64,000 nt of DNA, taken from contig NC_043003.1 in NCBI RefSeq assembly GCF_006345805.1, positions 20,274,001 to 20,338,000 of the forward strand, given 5' to 3'. Both the position numbers and the translations under genes were made by a program. The notes below the pieces were generated by a model. It was not told the origin of the DNA. It did not search any database and saw only the letters and a program-made list of their open reading frames with translations. Shown piece by piece: positions 51,990 to 64,000 of this stretch. Source of the stretch: Octopus sinensis (Eukaryota). Each line of letters opens with the position of its first letter. Position 1 is the stretch's first letter.

Positions 51990-52975
51990 TACTTATCCAG
52001 TGTTGAGTCTCATTCGCTTTCTTTTCTTAGCATACATCAAAGTTTTTTTTTTCCGAGTTTTATTGAGCTTGCATGCTTCTATCGATGCTAGTATCGATAT
52101 CCATTATTAATTGGTTGAACTTTTCCAATTCTCTAAACAGTGTATCACGGGAATTTCTTTTATGTACCGTTCACTTTCATCACCATCTTGATTGTCCCCT
52201 TCTTCCTAATCACGTTATTGATGTAAATTAAGCAGGTTGCGTTCAGTTAATTTTTCTGAACGTGAGTTAAGCAGATCACGAACATTTGTATTCACCATTT
52301 TCTCATAGAAACTAAGATTTCTTCCAATATCAGTTGTTTATTCTATAATTTTTATCTTCGAAAGGTCAGCAAAATTTTAGCATAATACCATGAAATGTAC
52401 TGCCATACAGCTCTCATATGGCTTGTCCATTCACAAATATTTTCAATGGAATCTATGAATGAAATCGTCTCAAAAATCCAGCAATAAAATTATATTTTCT
52501 ACCATTGTAATTTTTATTGCTGGAGCAAAAGATCTCCGAAAGTAAACCTTGAAAATACCAATCATATCTTGGTCCATGAGTGATGTGTTCTAATTGTTCA
52601 TAAGTGATGTCGTGTTCATATGCAAGCGTATGGCATCTGCATAGTCGCACTGCTCACTAAATTCAATTGGGTGACAAGAGACATCGTCGAAAATTAGTAA
52701 AACTTTAAAATAATGATTATTTTTTTAAAAATACTATTCCACAAACGGGTATATTTAGCTAAAAGTAAATCAATACTCGCACGGTTCTTTGATCATTCAA
52801 GTTTTATAATAGAGTTTGTTGGCGGCAGACTTTAAGAGCATTGGGAGATACAAGCATGAGTTTTACTGTAAAGTTCTCTTGTGTATTTTCTGTTAAACGA
52901 TCTTTTAACACTTTCAATCCCGGTTGTGATTTCTCTTTGTTAGATAGAGAGTTTATGCGGGCTTCATTATTAATA
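51990..52975 (-). pseudogene. Tigger/pogo-family DDE transposase relic
   Basis: KEKSQPGLKVLKDRLT, FKVLLIFDDVSCHP, NTTSL..MDQDMIGIFKVYF, VRDLLNSRSEKLTE..LL. Many stops; cut off by a SINE A insertion at 52983. Confidence 0.85.
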
Positions 52976-52982
52976 TTAACCC

Positions 52983-53362
52983 TCACGCCGGGCGAAATAC
53001 TTAGCGGTATTTCGTCTGCCGTTACGTTCTGAGTTCAAATTCCGCCGAGGTCGACTTTACCTTTCATCCTTGCGGGGTCGATAAATTAAGTACCAGTTAC
53101 GCAGTGGGGTCGATATAATCGACTTAATCTGTTTGTCTGTCCTTGTTTGTCCGCTCTGTGTTTAGCCCCTTGCGGGTAGTAAAGAAATAGGTATTTCGTC
53201 CGTCTTCACGTTTTGAGTTCAAATTCCGCCGAGGTCGACTTTGCCTTTCACCTTTACGGGGTCGGTAGAATTAGTACTAGTTATGCATTGGGGTCGATGT
53301 AATCGACTAGCTACACCCTCCTTAAAAAATTTCAGGCTTTGTGCCTATAGTAGAAAGGATTT
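52983..53362 (+). mobile_element. SINE family A dimer, 5'-truncated, 13-bp TSD
   Basis: TTAATATTAACCC at 52970-52982 and 53363-53375. Confidence 0.92.
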
Positions 53363-53499
53363 TTAATATTAACCCATTAACGTCTGAAATTAGATACAAC
53401 CACATAAACTTTCATCACCCTTAACTGTGGAAAACAGTTTTATAGACCAATCTATCTTTTGTTGAGGTAAGTCATGTCTGAAACTACCAAATCTACCAA

Positions 53500-53628
53500 A
53501 TACTTCTACCAAATCCACTTACAACGCTTTGGTCGGCCCGAGGCTCTAGTTGATGACACTTGTTCAAGGTGCCACGCAGTGGGACTGAACCCGGAAATAT
53601 GTGGTTGGGAAGCAAGCTCCTTACCACA
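53500..53628 (-). mobile_element. SINE family B, 5' half
   Basis: CTACCAAATCCAC..GGGACTGAACCCGG. Confidence 0.8.
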
Positions 53629-53717
53629 CATATATTTTATAATTGTAATATATAAATATATCTGTTCATCTATCTGTCTATTGATACACACACACACGTA
53701 TGCATTTATATATATGT

Positions 53718-53764
<47 letters not shown>

Positions 53765-53864
53765 GTGTGTGTGTGTGTGTGTATGTGTGTGTATGTGCGT
53801 GTATGTGTGTGTATGTGTGTGTGTGTGCGTGTGTGTGTGTCTGAGTGTATGCGTGCATATGTCT

Positions 53865-53906
<42 letters not shown>

Positions 53907-55527
53907 GTGTGTGTATGTGTGTGTGTGTGCGCGCTCGCGCGTCTATGTGTATGCATGTATATGTCTATATATAGTCATTACAGAAAAGATTTGCAATGCT
54001 CCATTTTTATAATCACGATGTTTCAGGGAATTCTTTCCTGATTGCATCGTTCAATCTCACCAACACCAAAATAAAAAATAGATAGATAAATAAATAAATA
54101 AAAATAGATAAATGAATCAAATAAAAAATGAAACAGTCCACTTCCAATCATATTACTGCTCCTGTTTCTTGCCTGCTTATCTGAATTACCTGAATCTGAT
54201 AAAACTTCATGTTTTTTTGAAAGTCATCTATTTTCTTCTTATAATTGTCCCTACTGTCTCTTCATCCTATCCCAATTATTGCCAATTTTTGCTTTGCTGT
54301 CACTAGATTCATATATCATTGTGATCTCCAATTTATCACCCAGATTTTTAACACTCTTCTCTGTTTATTTCAACATCAGTATTTTTCTGGCGGTTTTTCT
54401 TTTTGTCTTTTGTCAAGAACCAATGCGGGTTAAATTGTATTATTATAGGTTGATTGACTGCAGCTATACGATTAATACATGAAACACAGACCTTGCAATT
54501 GCACCACATTTATAAGAAGATAAAAACAAACAAATTCAAAACAAAACAAAACATATTCGGTGTCAAGTTTGATGTTCGAAAACAGGACTACAAGAAAAAG
54601 CACTAGCTTCGTACGTTACACACGTTTGCAAGTGAAATTAACATCAAATAACTGTTTTTAAGACAGTTATCTTTTTTTATGCCACAATCCATAATGTTTT
54701 TATATATCATTTGCAACATGGCCTCAGAAATCGTTAATGCTGAGCAGAAACTAAATCCCGTATGCTTAGGATTACGATTGCTACCGAGAATTAACAAAGT
54801 TTTCATTGCATCATTGCAATATCAAAAAATATTTCAATATGCATGATATCTATATGCTACTAAAACTTTGTGATTGTTTGCTTCTTAGTGTGCGTGCTTG
54901 TCTGTAATTTAATACAGCCAAATCAGTGCATAATGGGAAAATACTTGAAAAGGAAAACCCCTGAAATGTGAATACAAACAGAATAAAATAAGTTTCGCAT
55001 AAATCCGACCACGGATTCCCAAGATACACGGTTTTTTTTGGGGGGGGGATCCACCAATTTAAGCAGTAAAACCGGGATTTATTGCCCTTTACTGTCAACA
55101 CATTTATAAATAGCCAAACCAGTACCTAAGGGAAAATACTCTGAAAGTAAAGTACAAGTGATATGTGAATGCAAACGGAATAAAACAAGTTTCGCGTAAA
55201 TCGGATTACAGGTTCCTGAGATGCGTGGTTTTTCGGGAGACTTGAACTGTTGGTGACCGAACGGGTTACGGGTAGTTTAGTTAATAATGTAATCGAGATT
55301 AGAGTGTCCTATTCCTGATTTGAAATGAATTTATAAATACTATAAATTTTCAAGCACCAGCTATTCAAACGTGTGTTAATCGGAGGTGTGAATTTTAAAT
55401 ATGTTTATATCTCACAGTTTCTGGTTCAATGTGATACTTTGCGCAAAATGAAAATTAGTAGAAATTACATAGAATATTCTTTAGGAACACCGCCGGATAA
55501 ACATTTTCCATTATTAGCTCCAGCTTT

Positions 55528-56110
55528 TTATAAGGCGGCGAGCTGGCAGAAATGTTAGCACGCCGGGAGAAATGCTTAACGATATTTCGTCTGCCGCTGC
55601 GTTCTGAGTTCAAATTCCGCCGAGGTCAACTTTTCCTTTCATCATTTCGGGGTCGATAAATTAAGCACCAGTTACGCACTGGGGTCAGTGTAATCGACTT
55701 AATCCGTTCATCTGTCCTTGTTTGTCCCCTCTGTGTTTAGCCCCTTGTGGGTAGTAAAGAAATAGGTATTTCGTCTGTCTTTATGTTCTGATTTCAAATT
55801 CCGCCGAGGTCGACTTTGCCTTTCATCCTTTCGGGGTCGATTAAATAAGTACCAGTTACACACTGGGGTCGATATAATCGACTTAGTCCCTTTGTCTGCC
55901 CTTGTTTGTCCCTTCTATGTTTAGCCCCTTGTGGGCAATAAAGAATTAGATATTTCATCTGTCATTACGTTCTGATTTCAAATTCCTCCGAGGTCGACTT
56001 TGCCTTTCATTGTTTCGGGGTCGATAAATTAAGTACCATTTGAACACTGGGATCGATCTAAACGACCTGTTCCCTTCCCTCAAAGGGCTACCCCTGTTCA
56101 AAATTTGAAA
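55528..56110 (+). mobile_element. SINE family A trimer, 20-bp TSD, nested in an older A copy
   Basis: CCATT(A/C)TTAGCTCCAGCTTT at 55508-55527 and 56111-56130; A-like sequence resumes at 56131-56195. Confidence 0.92.
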
Positions 56111-56802
56111 CCATTCTTAGCTCCAGCTTTCTGCGCTCAAGGTTCAAATTCTATCGAAGTTAACATTGCCTTTCATCTTTCTGGGATCGATAATAAAATA
56201 AAATAATAACCAATTAGTAAAAGTAACTTTCCTGTCTGTCCACTGTCTGTCTCTCTTCCTCCCTCCCTCCATCTCTCTCTCCCTCCCCTCTCTCCTTTCG
56301 CCTTGCTCCCTCCCATCGCCTCTCTATCTCCCCCTCTCTCATAATCTCACAAATATATACATGTATATACATATGTGTGTGTGAATATATATTGTATGTG
56401 TCTATATAAACACGTGTGTATATGTATATATGACTATATATATGTTTATAATAACGCACAGACATCTACACATACAATGGCAAACACAAACAAGCCTACA
56501 CTACACTCGCAAATATATTTATAAACTCATATCTAAATATATCTGCGCGGTTCTGTCTGTGCAATCACCACTGTTTTCCATATAAATCAAAAATTGTTTT
56601 CTCATCCACACAAAAGGACATTTTTACTAGGTTGCACAATTGGAAGATAAAGGTTTATAAATGGCCAGTAAATCATAAGCGAACTGAATTGAAGCCACAA
56701 ACAGAGACGGGGGTGGGGCGAATGATCTAATCAATAACAGTTACTAAATATAGAGAAAATAGAATCGCCCGAGATGGATCTACTTTAATTGTTTGTCTTC
56801 TC

Positions 56803-57200
56803 TAAGGCGGTGGGCTGGGCAAAATGCTTTTATGCATTTCGTCTGTCTTTATGTTCTGAGTTCAAATTCCGCCGAGGTCGACTTTGCTTTTCATCTTTTC
56901 GGGGTCGATAAATTAAGTACTAGTCACGCACGGGGGTCGATGTAATCGACTTAATCCCTCTGTCTGTCCTTGTCTGTCTCCTCTATATTTAGCCCCCTGT
57001 GGGCAATAACGAAATAAGCATTTCGCGTGTCATTATGTTCTGAGTTCAAATTCCGCCGAGCTCGACTTTACCATTCATCCATTCGATATCGATAAAATAA
57101 GTATCAGTTGAACTCGGGGGGCGGAAGGGGGCGATGTAATCGACTAACCCCCTCACCCGAAATTGCTGGCCTTGTGCGAAAGCCAAAGTTTGAAAATCAT
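56803..57200 (+). mobile_element. SINE family A dimer
   Basis: Shortened head, two units, terminal tail. Confidence 0.85.
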
Positions 57201-57414
57201 TATTATCACGCAAATTGATAGAAATAGCAGTTAAAATTCTTTAAACTGTACCGTTATGTTTTAAAAGAAAGTAAAGGTAAAATACACTGGCTTGTGTGGT
57301 CATAGCTACACTATGTGAATAACAAAAGGGATAGTTGTGGCTGGAGCGCCACTACCATCGTCGGTCTATTTGATCATTGCCGACCTTTACTTAAAAACAT
57401 TCCACTATAGTTAC

Positions 57415-57600
57415 AAGGCCTGCAATTTTAGAAGACAGGATTAGCCTTTCAAACGGATGCTTACTTCATCGACCCCGAAAAGGATAGAAAAGGCAAAATC
57501 GCCGTCGGCGAAATTTGAACTCAGAAAGTAAATCGGTACTTAAGGTTGCTAAGCAATTCACTCGATGCTGTTACTACGGTGCCAGCTCGGCGTCTTATCA
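57415..57600 (-). mobile_element. SINE family A, diverged
   Basis: TCATCGACCCCGAAAAGG..AAATTTGAACTCAGAA. Confidence 0.7.
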
Positions 57601-57783
57601 GCCTTAACCTAAATATATATAACAACAAATGAAAACTAGAGAGGCACAGGTGGAGTGGCAGTCGTCGTAGATCAGCTCGATGAAGAATAGGCTAGGGTTA
57701 AATAACAATACAAAAACAATTACATAAATTCTTTTTATTTTGTTTGAGTTTTATGTATGAATGAGTGGGTGCATGGATGTATA

Positions 57784-57816
<33 letters not shown>

Positions 57817-57900
57817 TTATTTATTTAATTATATATATATATGTATATGTGTATATATATATATCTACATATGTGTGTATATATATATATATGTGTGTGT

Positions 57901-57938
<38 letters not shown>

Positions 57939-57960
57939 GTGTGTGTATCTGCATATGCAT

Positions 57961-58340
57961 ATAGGCGCAGGAGGGGTTGTGTGGTAAGTAGTTTGCTTAC
58001 GAACCACATGGTTCCGAGTTCATTCCTACTGCGTGGAAACTTGGGCAAGTGTCTACTGCTATAGCCTCTGGCCGACCCTTCTGGGTGGATTTGGTAGAAG
58101 GAGAATGAAAGAAGCCTGTCGTATAGATGTATATATATGCATGTATATGTGTGTATATGTTTGTGTGTCTGTGTTTGTACCCCCAACATCGCTTGACAAC
58201 CGATGGTGGTGTGTTTATGCCCTCGTAACTTAGCGGTTCGGCCAAAGAGACCGATAGAATAAGTACTAGGCTTACAAGCAATAAGTCCTGGGGTCGAGTG
58301 CTCCAGCATGGCCGCTGTCAAATGACTGAAACCAGTAAAA
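57961..58340 (+). mobile_element. SINE family B, near full length
   Basis: Head, central microsatellite and tail. Confidence 0.88.
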
Positions 58341-58422
58341 ATATATATATTTATACATTTACATACATACGCAGATAAATATATATATATATACACACAC
58401 ACACATATATATATATATATGC

Positions 58423-58469
<47 letters not shown>

Positions 58470-59082
58470 TATATATATATAGTATATATATATATATATA
58501 TATTTATATATACACACACATACAATACATACATCCATCCTTCCATCCATCCGTACACATATTTATATATGCATATATATACACACATACACACAGACAC
58601 CTACCCGTACACACACACATATACACACCTACATAAACACACGTACACATCACATGCTCGCTCACGCACACACGCGAAGATATACATACACATGGACGCA
58701 TGAATATATATCAAAACAAACATATCCGTTTATCTTTATATCTATAAAGCTTGGCCTATCTTTTTAAATGCTAGATATCTCATATGAGACATGTACATTA
58801 TTGGATTATGATGACATCCGCCTGTACGACATGTAATACTCTCTCTTATATGTATAAATAAATCTCCTGTGACAAGCATGACCAGAGACTACATCAACCT
58901 CAGCTTTTACACCAAAGCACCCGCTACTAGAATTTTCTAGTTAAGGATATCTACAAAGCAGTATGTATTTTAAGTAGAAATTTTTCCCTCTGCAAGTAGT
59001 TTTTGTGGTGCGCACAGACGCAAACGTAGGTATTTCTGTATGCCATTATTCAGTTTTATTCCAAGATTTCTCGCCAATAGAG

Positions 59083-59367
<285 letters not shown>

Positions 59368-59579
59368 ATTTCTGGTTATATCATTTTAAGAAGGGCCGAG
59401 TGGTTAGACCTACATCGATGCTAGATTGAATTGGATTGACCATGTTCGGTCCACTGCAGAACGAGGGCTTCAGCATATTCTCCCCATCAAAGAATGACTT
59501 GAAATCATACTGGTTTGATTAACCTATTCTGTCACACTGGCACTACATGACTTGGCAGAGGGATGCAGTTTTATTTTGT

Positions 59580-59762
59580 TCTCATGCTGAGGAGTCACAT
59601 CGATTACATCGATTCCAGTGCTCAGCTGATACTTATTTTATCGATTCCGAAGGATGAAAAGCAAAGTCGCCCTCGGTGGAATTTTGATTCAGAACTTAAA
59701 GACGGACGAAACACTGCTAAGCGTTTCTCACCGCTCGCTAACAAGTGTGTCATCTCGCCACT
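59580..59762 (-). mobile_element. SINE family A, diverged
   Basis: ATCGATTACATCG..GGATGAAAAGCAAAGTCG..TCAGAAC. Confidence 0.75.
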
Positions 59763-59928
59763 TTCTACGTATATCGACGCTGGAACTTTGATAAAATATT
59801 AGATCTTGGAATACTTGAATTCAGATTTATCATCACAGCTCATACGATTGTAATTAATGGTGATAACATGCAACCCATTCTTCTCCAGATCGTACGTAAT
59901 CTTTTCTTATTCTTAACCACCATCTACC

Positions 59929-59980
59929 CACATCCTAAACATCGTCACCGCACATCCTAAACATCGTCACCGCACATCCT
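59929..59980 (+). repeat. 22-bp tandem duplication
   Basis: CACATCCTAAACATCGTCACCG x2 plus a partial copy. Confidence 0.9.
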
Positions 59981-60608
59981 CACCACTACCTCCCTTCACC
60001 GTACCTTACACTCTCTACTTCTATCACTCCTCATAATTTACTCATAACCTCCCTCCAGTGTTCCCAGCTTACAAAAGTCAGTAATTTGTTAGGCAAAAAT
60101 AAATGAATTTAGTTGTGTTAGTGTGTATGAACATGATGACGTAGAAGATTAAAGGCATACGCTCACTGTAAACCACTCCACACAGGCATACCCACGTACA
60201 CACGTACTGAAATACTCACATACGCACATACACACTCATCTAAAATGCCTATACAAATTTAAACATGCATACCATGCACAACAGAAAACAACAAAAAATT
60301 CTTCACAATTACACGCGCATAAATACGTTTTCATGAAAGACACTTTCTTACGTACAAATAATTACATGCAACGAACAAGCCATGCGGATTCTCTTTTGTG
60401 CTCTAATGTCGTTTCTGTGAGTGTCAGGGTTATTTTCTTTCTACGGTACCTTTCTATCTTGTTCTTCATCTCATCAATATACTCTCCCCGTCCTCCGATG
60501 GTTCTTTTCCTCCTCCTTTTCTTTTCACTTTCCTCTTTTTCTTAATTGCTTATCATTTTGTTTCCTCCCGATACAATACTTCTATTTGTATCGCTCCTTA
60601 CTCCAACC

Positions 60609-60614
<6 letters not shown>

Positions 60615-60684
<70 letters not shown>

Positions 60685-61750
60685 TATATATATATATATA
60701 TATATAATATATATACATACATACATAAATAGATAGGTATACATATATAGATATGTTATTTATGTGTATATGCTTTATATATATATCCATCCATCCATTC
60801 TCTCCTTCTGTCCCTCCTATTCTTCATTCTTTTTTAATTCTCTTCCTTTCTATCTCCTCTATCTCGTCTCCTTCTCCTCCTCTCTCTCCCTCTCCTATTC
60901 CCTCCACTCTCTCTATCTCTTTCACTCACTCCCCCTTACTCCACGTATCCCCATTCTATTGTTTATGCCAGTTTAATTAAGTTGGTGTCAGAATTGCTAG
61001 AAATAGTTCAATACAATAAAAGATAGAGCTTTTTCTCCTAATCATGGAAACGGTATATCATACATCTATGCGTGTGTGTGAGTGTGAGAGAGAGAGTCTG
61101 TGTGTGTGTGTCTGTGTGTGTGTGTGTGTATGTGTGTGTGTGTGTGTGTGTGTGTTGTGTTGTGTGTGTGTGTGCACGCATGTATGTCCATGTATTTAAG
61201 TGCATGTGTATGTGTTTGTGCGTTTACGTTTTCTGTGTCTGTATGTGTATTTGACTTTGTACACACACACACTCACACTCACACAGAGAAGGTTTATTAT
61301 TTTGTGTGCATATGTGTATGTTTTATATGTGTATACGTTTTCTATGTCTGCAAGCATTTATGTAATTAATTTGTAGGAATGTACGTTGTTTTTCGTATTC
61401 GTACTTTACATAGACGAGAGTGTGCGCGCCCATGTATCTCTTTATACATGCAAATATCTCTATTTCTCTGTGTGCGCGTATGCAATTCTACATCGATATT
61501 TCTATATATTAGTATATGTGTATGTGTGTTATGTGTGTGTGTTTGTGTATGCATGCATATATATATATGTATTATATATGTATATATGTATTATATAAAA
61601 TATATATATATGTATTATATATATATTATATATATACATATATTATATGTATACATATATATGTATTGCATATTATATATGTATGTATGTAGGTATTTTG
61701 TATGTCTATATGTATGTGCGCGTGCATGTGTGTATTGGTGTGTGTGAGTG
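60615..61750. repeat. Microsatellite field: (TC)n, (TA)n, (TG)n
   Basis: Direct inspection. Confidence 0.93.
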
Positions 61751-62520
61751 TGTGTACTTGTTTGCAACACAAAATTGTGTTACATCTTGATGACTTTTGT
61801 TTATTTCCAATCATATATTATTCATGTATGTTTGTTTTTTGGATCATTAATTCTATTTATATCCAGTTTATATTCGATGTACACCAACTATTACTCCAAT
61901 TTCACGTGATGTACGAGCGTGTGTATATAGATATGCCTGAGCGTGCATATACAGAAACGCACGTGCGTATGTCTGTGTACGTCTGTGCATTTGTATGCGT
62001 ATATGCGTCTACCTATCAATTTGTCCCTCTACCGTATCCATCAATCGATCAATCAAAGGATGTAATTATGCAGTCATCAAACAATTAGCCAATTAATCTC
62101 TTTCAATTTTCTCTTAAGTGCTGGGATCGATTTAATCAGTTACCGATCTCTCGACGTGCAATGGGCCTAACGTATTACAGATGTGCCCCCAAACCGCACA
62201 AATGACTACTAAAGCGAATAATTTTAACAGCCGATCCTAGCGGACCGGATCGGCAGACTTAAAACCGAACTCTAATTACATCAATTAGAATCAGAACAGC
62301 TAAGCTGCAAGGACTACAGGTTACCACCCAAGTAAATACGCTGACATCTGCAAGTCTCCAAGCAGAAATGGAAATCTTATAACAACTGGACGGCGGACAT
62401 CCAAAGCTGAAAGACATCAAAGGATAACGAGAGAGCTGCTACTCAGCAATGCAAGAGAAATGGAGGATTTGATTGGTTGATTGAATTTTCTCTCTTTCTA
62501 TACGATCTGTTAATATGGTA

Positions 62521-62610
<90 letters not shown>

Positions 62611-62772
62611 ATATATATATATATATATATCTATATATATATCTATATCATATATATATATATATATATATATATCGTCTATCTATCTACAATTACATAC
62701 ATACGTATATATACATTATGTATGAGCATTTACGCACTCACTCACTCACTCACTCACTCACTCACTCACTCA

Positions 62773-62819
<47 letters not shown>

Positions 62820-62839
62820 GCACACATTAATTTTGATGT

Positions 62840-63045
62840 AATGCGGCGAGCTGGCAGAAACGGTAGGATGACAAATAAAATGTCAAGCAACATTTCGTCA
62901 ATCTTTATGTTCTGAGTTCAAATTCTGCTGAGGTCGACTTTGCCTTTCATCCTTTAGGAGCCGATAAAATGACTACCATTTGAGCAGTGGGGTCTATATA
63001 ATCAATTTACACCCTACTCCAAAATTGCTGATCTTGGACCAAAAT
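62840..63045 (+). mobile_element. SINE family A monomer, diverged
   Basis: GCGGCGAGCTGGCAGAAACG head and GTTCTGAGTTCAAATTC core. Confidence 0.8.
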
Positions 63046-63334
63046 TCGATGTACATTAATATGTATATTGATATTTGTATTTATATATATTTCTGTATTT
63101 ATATAACGTAAAGTATACTAGCCATCTCAATATGGCTAACCATTAAGGGTGGGTGTTTCTGTAGCTTTTAGCCCCAGGAGATCATCGTCTCCAACTGCCT
63201 TTAGGCACACTTTCTGTGCACGTATGGTATTTAGATTTATTATTGTATTTATATAGTTTTATGTATAATTACATATGCAACTATTTACAACTATATAACT
63301 ATATTTATATATATAATGTATGCATTTGTGTGTT

Positions 63335-63505
63335 TCACAAGTGATGTTGATGTGCTTATGGCCCGGTAACATAGCAGTTCGGCAAAGGAAACCAATAGAA
63401 TAATAACTCAGCTTAGAAGGAATACGTTCTGGGGTTGATTTATTCGACTACATACGGTGTTCCAGCATGGCCGCAATCAAATGACTGAAACAAGTAAAAT
63501 AATAA
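63335..63505 (+). mobile_element. SINE family B, diverged 3' half
   Basis: CAGTTCGGCAAA..CCAGCATGGCCGC..ATGACTGAAACAAGTAAAA. Confidence 0.75.
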
Positions 63506-64000
63506 AAGAATAATAATGAAATTAGTAACACATGAGAAAGGTTACGAAACGGCTGTAGCCTTATGGTAGTCTCTTAGTTAAATAAATAAATATATTCTCA
63601 ACGCTCAAACCTCCTAATTTTATGTTTTTATATTAAGAATTATGTGAATGCGTTTGTATGATGTATTTATTTATGCATAGTAATACACATCGCTGCATAC
63701 ATACATACATACATACATACATACATACATACATACATACATACATACATACATACATACATACATAGATACGTACATACATATATATATGTACATATAC
63801 ATACATTTATACACACACACATATACACTCACATATGCACCGGTACATACATGCATACATATACGACAATGTAATCATCAACCAATCAAACAGTTAGTCC
63901 CTAAATCTCTCGGTTTCGTTGCTCGATTATCAGTGTCTTAGTCCGCTCGTCTATCTTGAATATCTTTATATCTATCATATCTACTTAATACCAAGCACTA

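Noticed and set aside
62230-62254. GC hairpin GCCGATCC/GGATCGGC as a Helitron 3' hairpin or terminator
   Set aside because: No CTRR end or U-tract at the expected distance.
63525-63560. Hammerhead 3' half GTAAC/GTTAC-GAAACGGCTGTA
   Set aside because: The 5' core is absent, overlapped by a SINE B tail.

Overview
Eukaryotic, AT-rich, largely non-coding DNA saturated with (TA)n, (CA)n, (TATG)n, (TATC)n and trinucleotide microsatellites. The repeat make-up suggests an octopod mollusc (inference only). Almost every long ORF in the supplied track is a microsatellite artefact. Identifiable content: (1) a young 2.47-kb Penelope-like retroelement (PLE) at 3395-5863, with 298-bp inverted pseudo-LTRs differing at 1 base, a 5'-truncated ORF ending in an apparently intact GIY-YIG endonuclease, a 24-bp fold-back at the truncation point, and a type I hammerhead ribozyme fold in each repeat; (2) several further hammerhead cores in short PLE-like relics, many abutting (TA)n, plus a 174-bp near-perfect palindrome; (3) about 35 copies of at least four tRNA-headed SINE families (labelled A-D here), including family A, which occurs as monomers, dimers and trimers with target-site duplications (TSDs) and nests into its own older copies; (4) decayed RTE and CR1-like LINE fragments, a Tigger/pogo transposase relic, two Tigger-like MITEs and a mariner end; (5) a few candidate exons of an unidentified, probably minus-strand host gene. 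All alignments and RNA folds were done by eye. No database searches were run.
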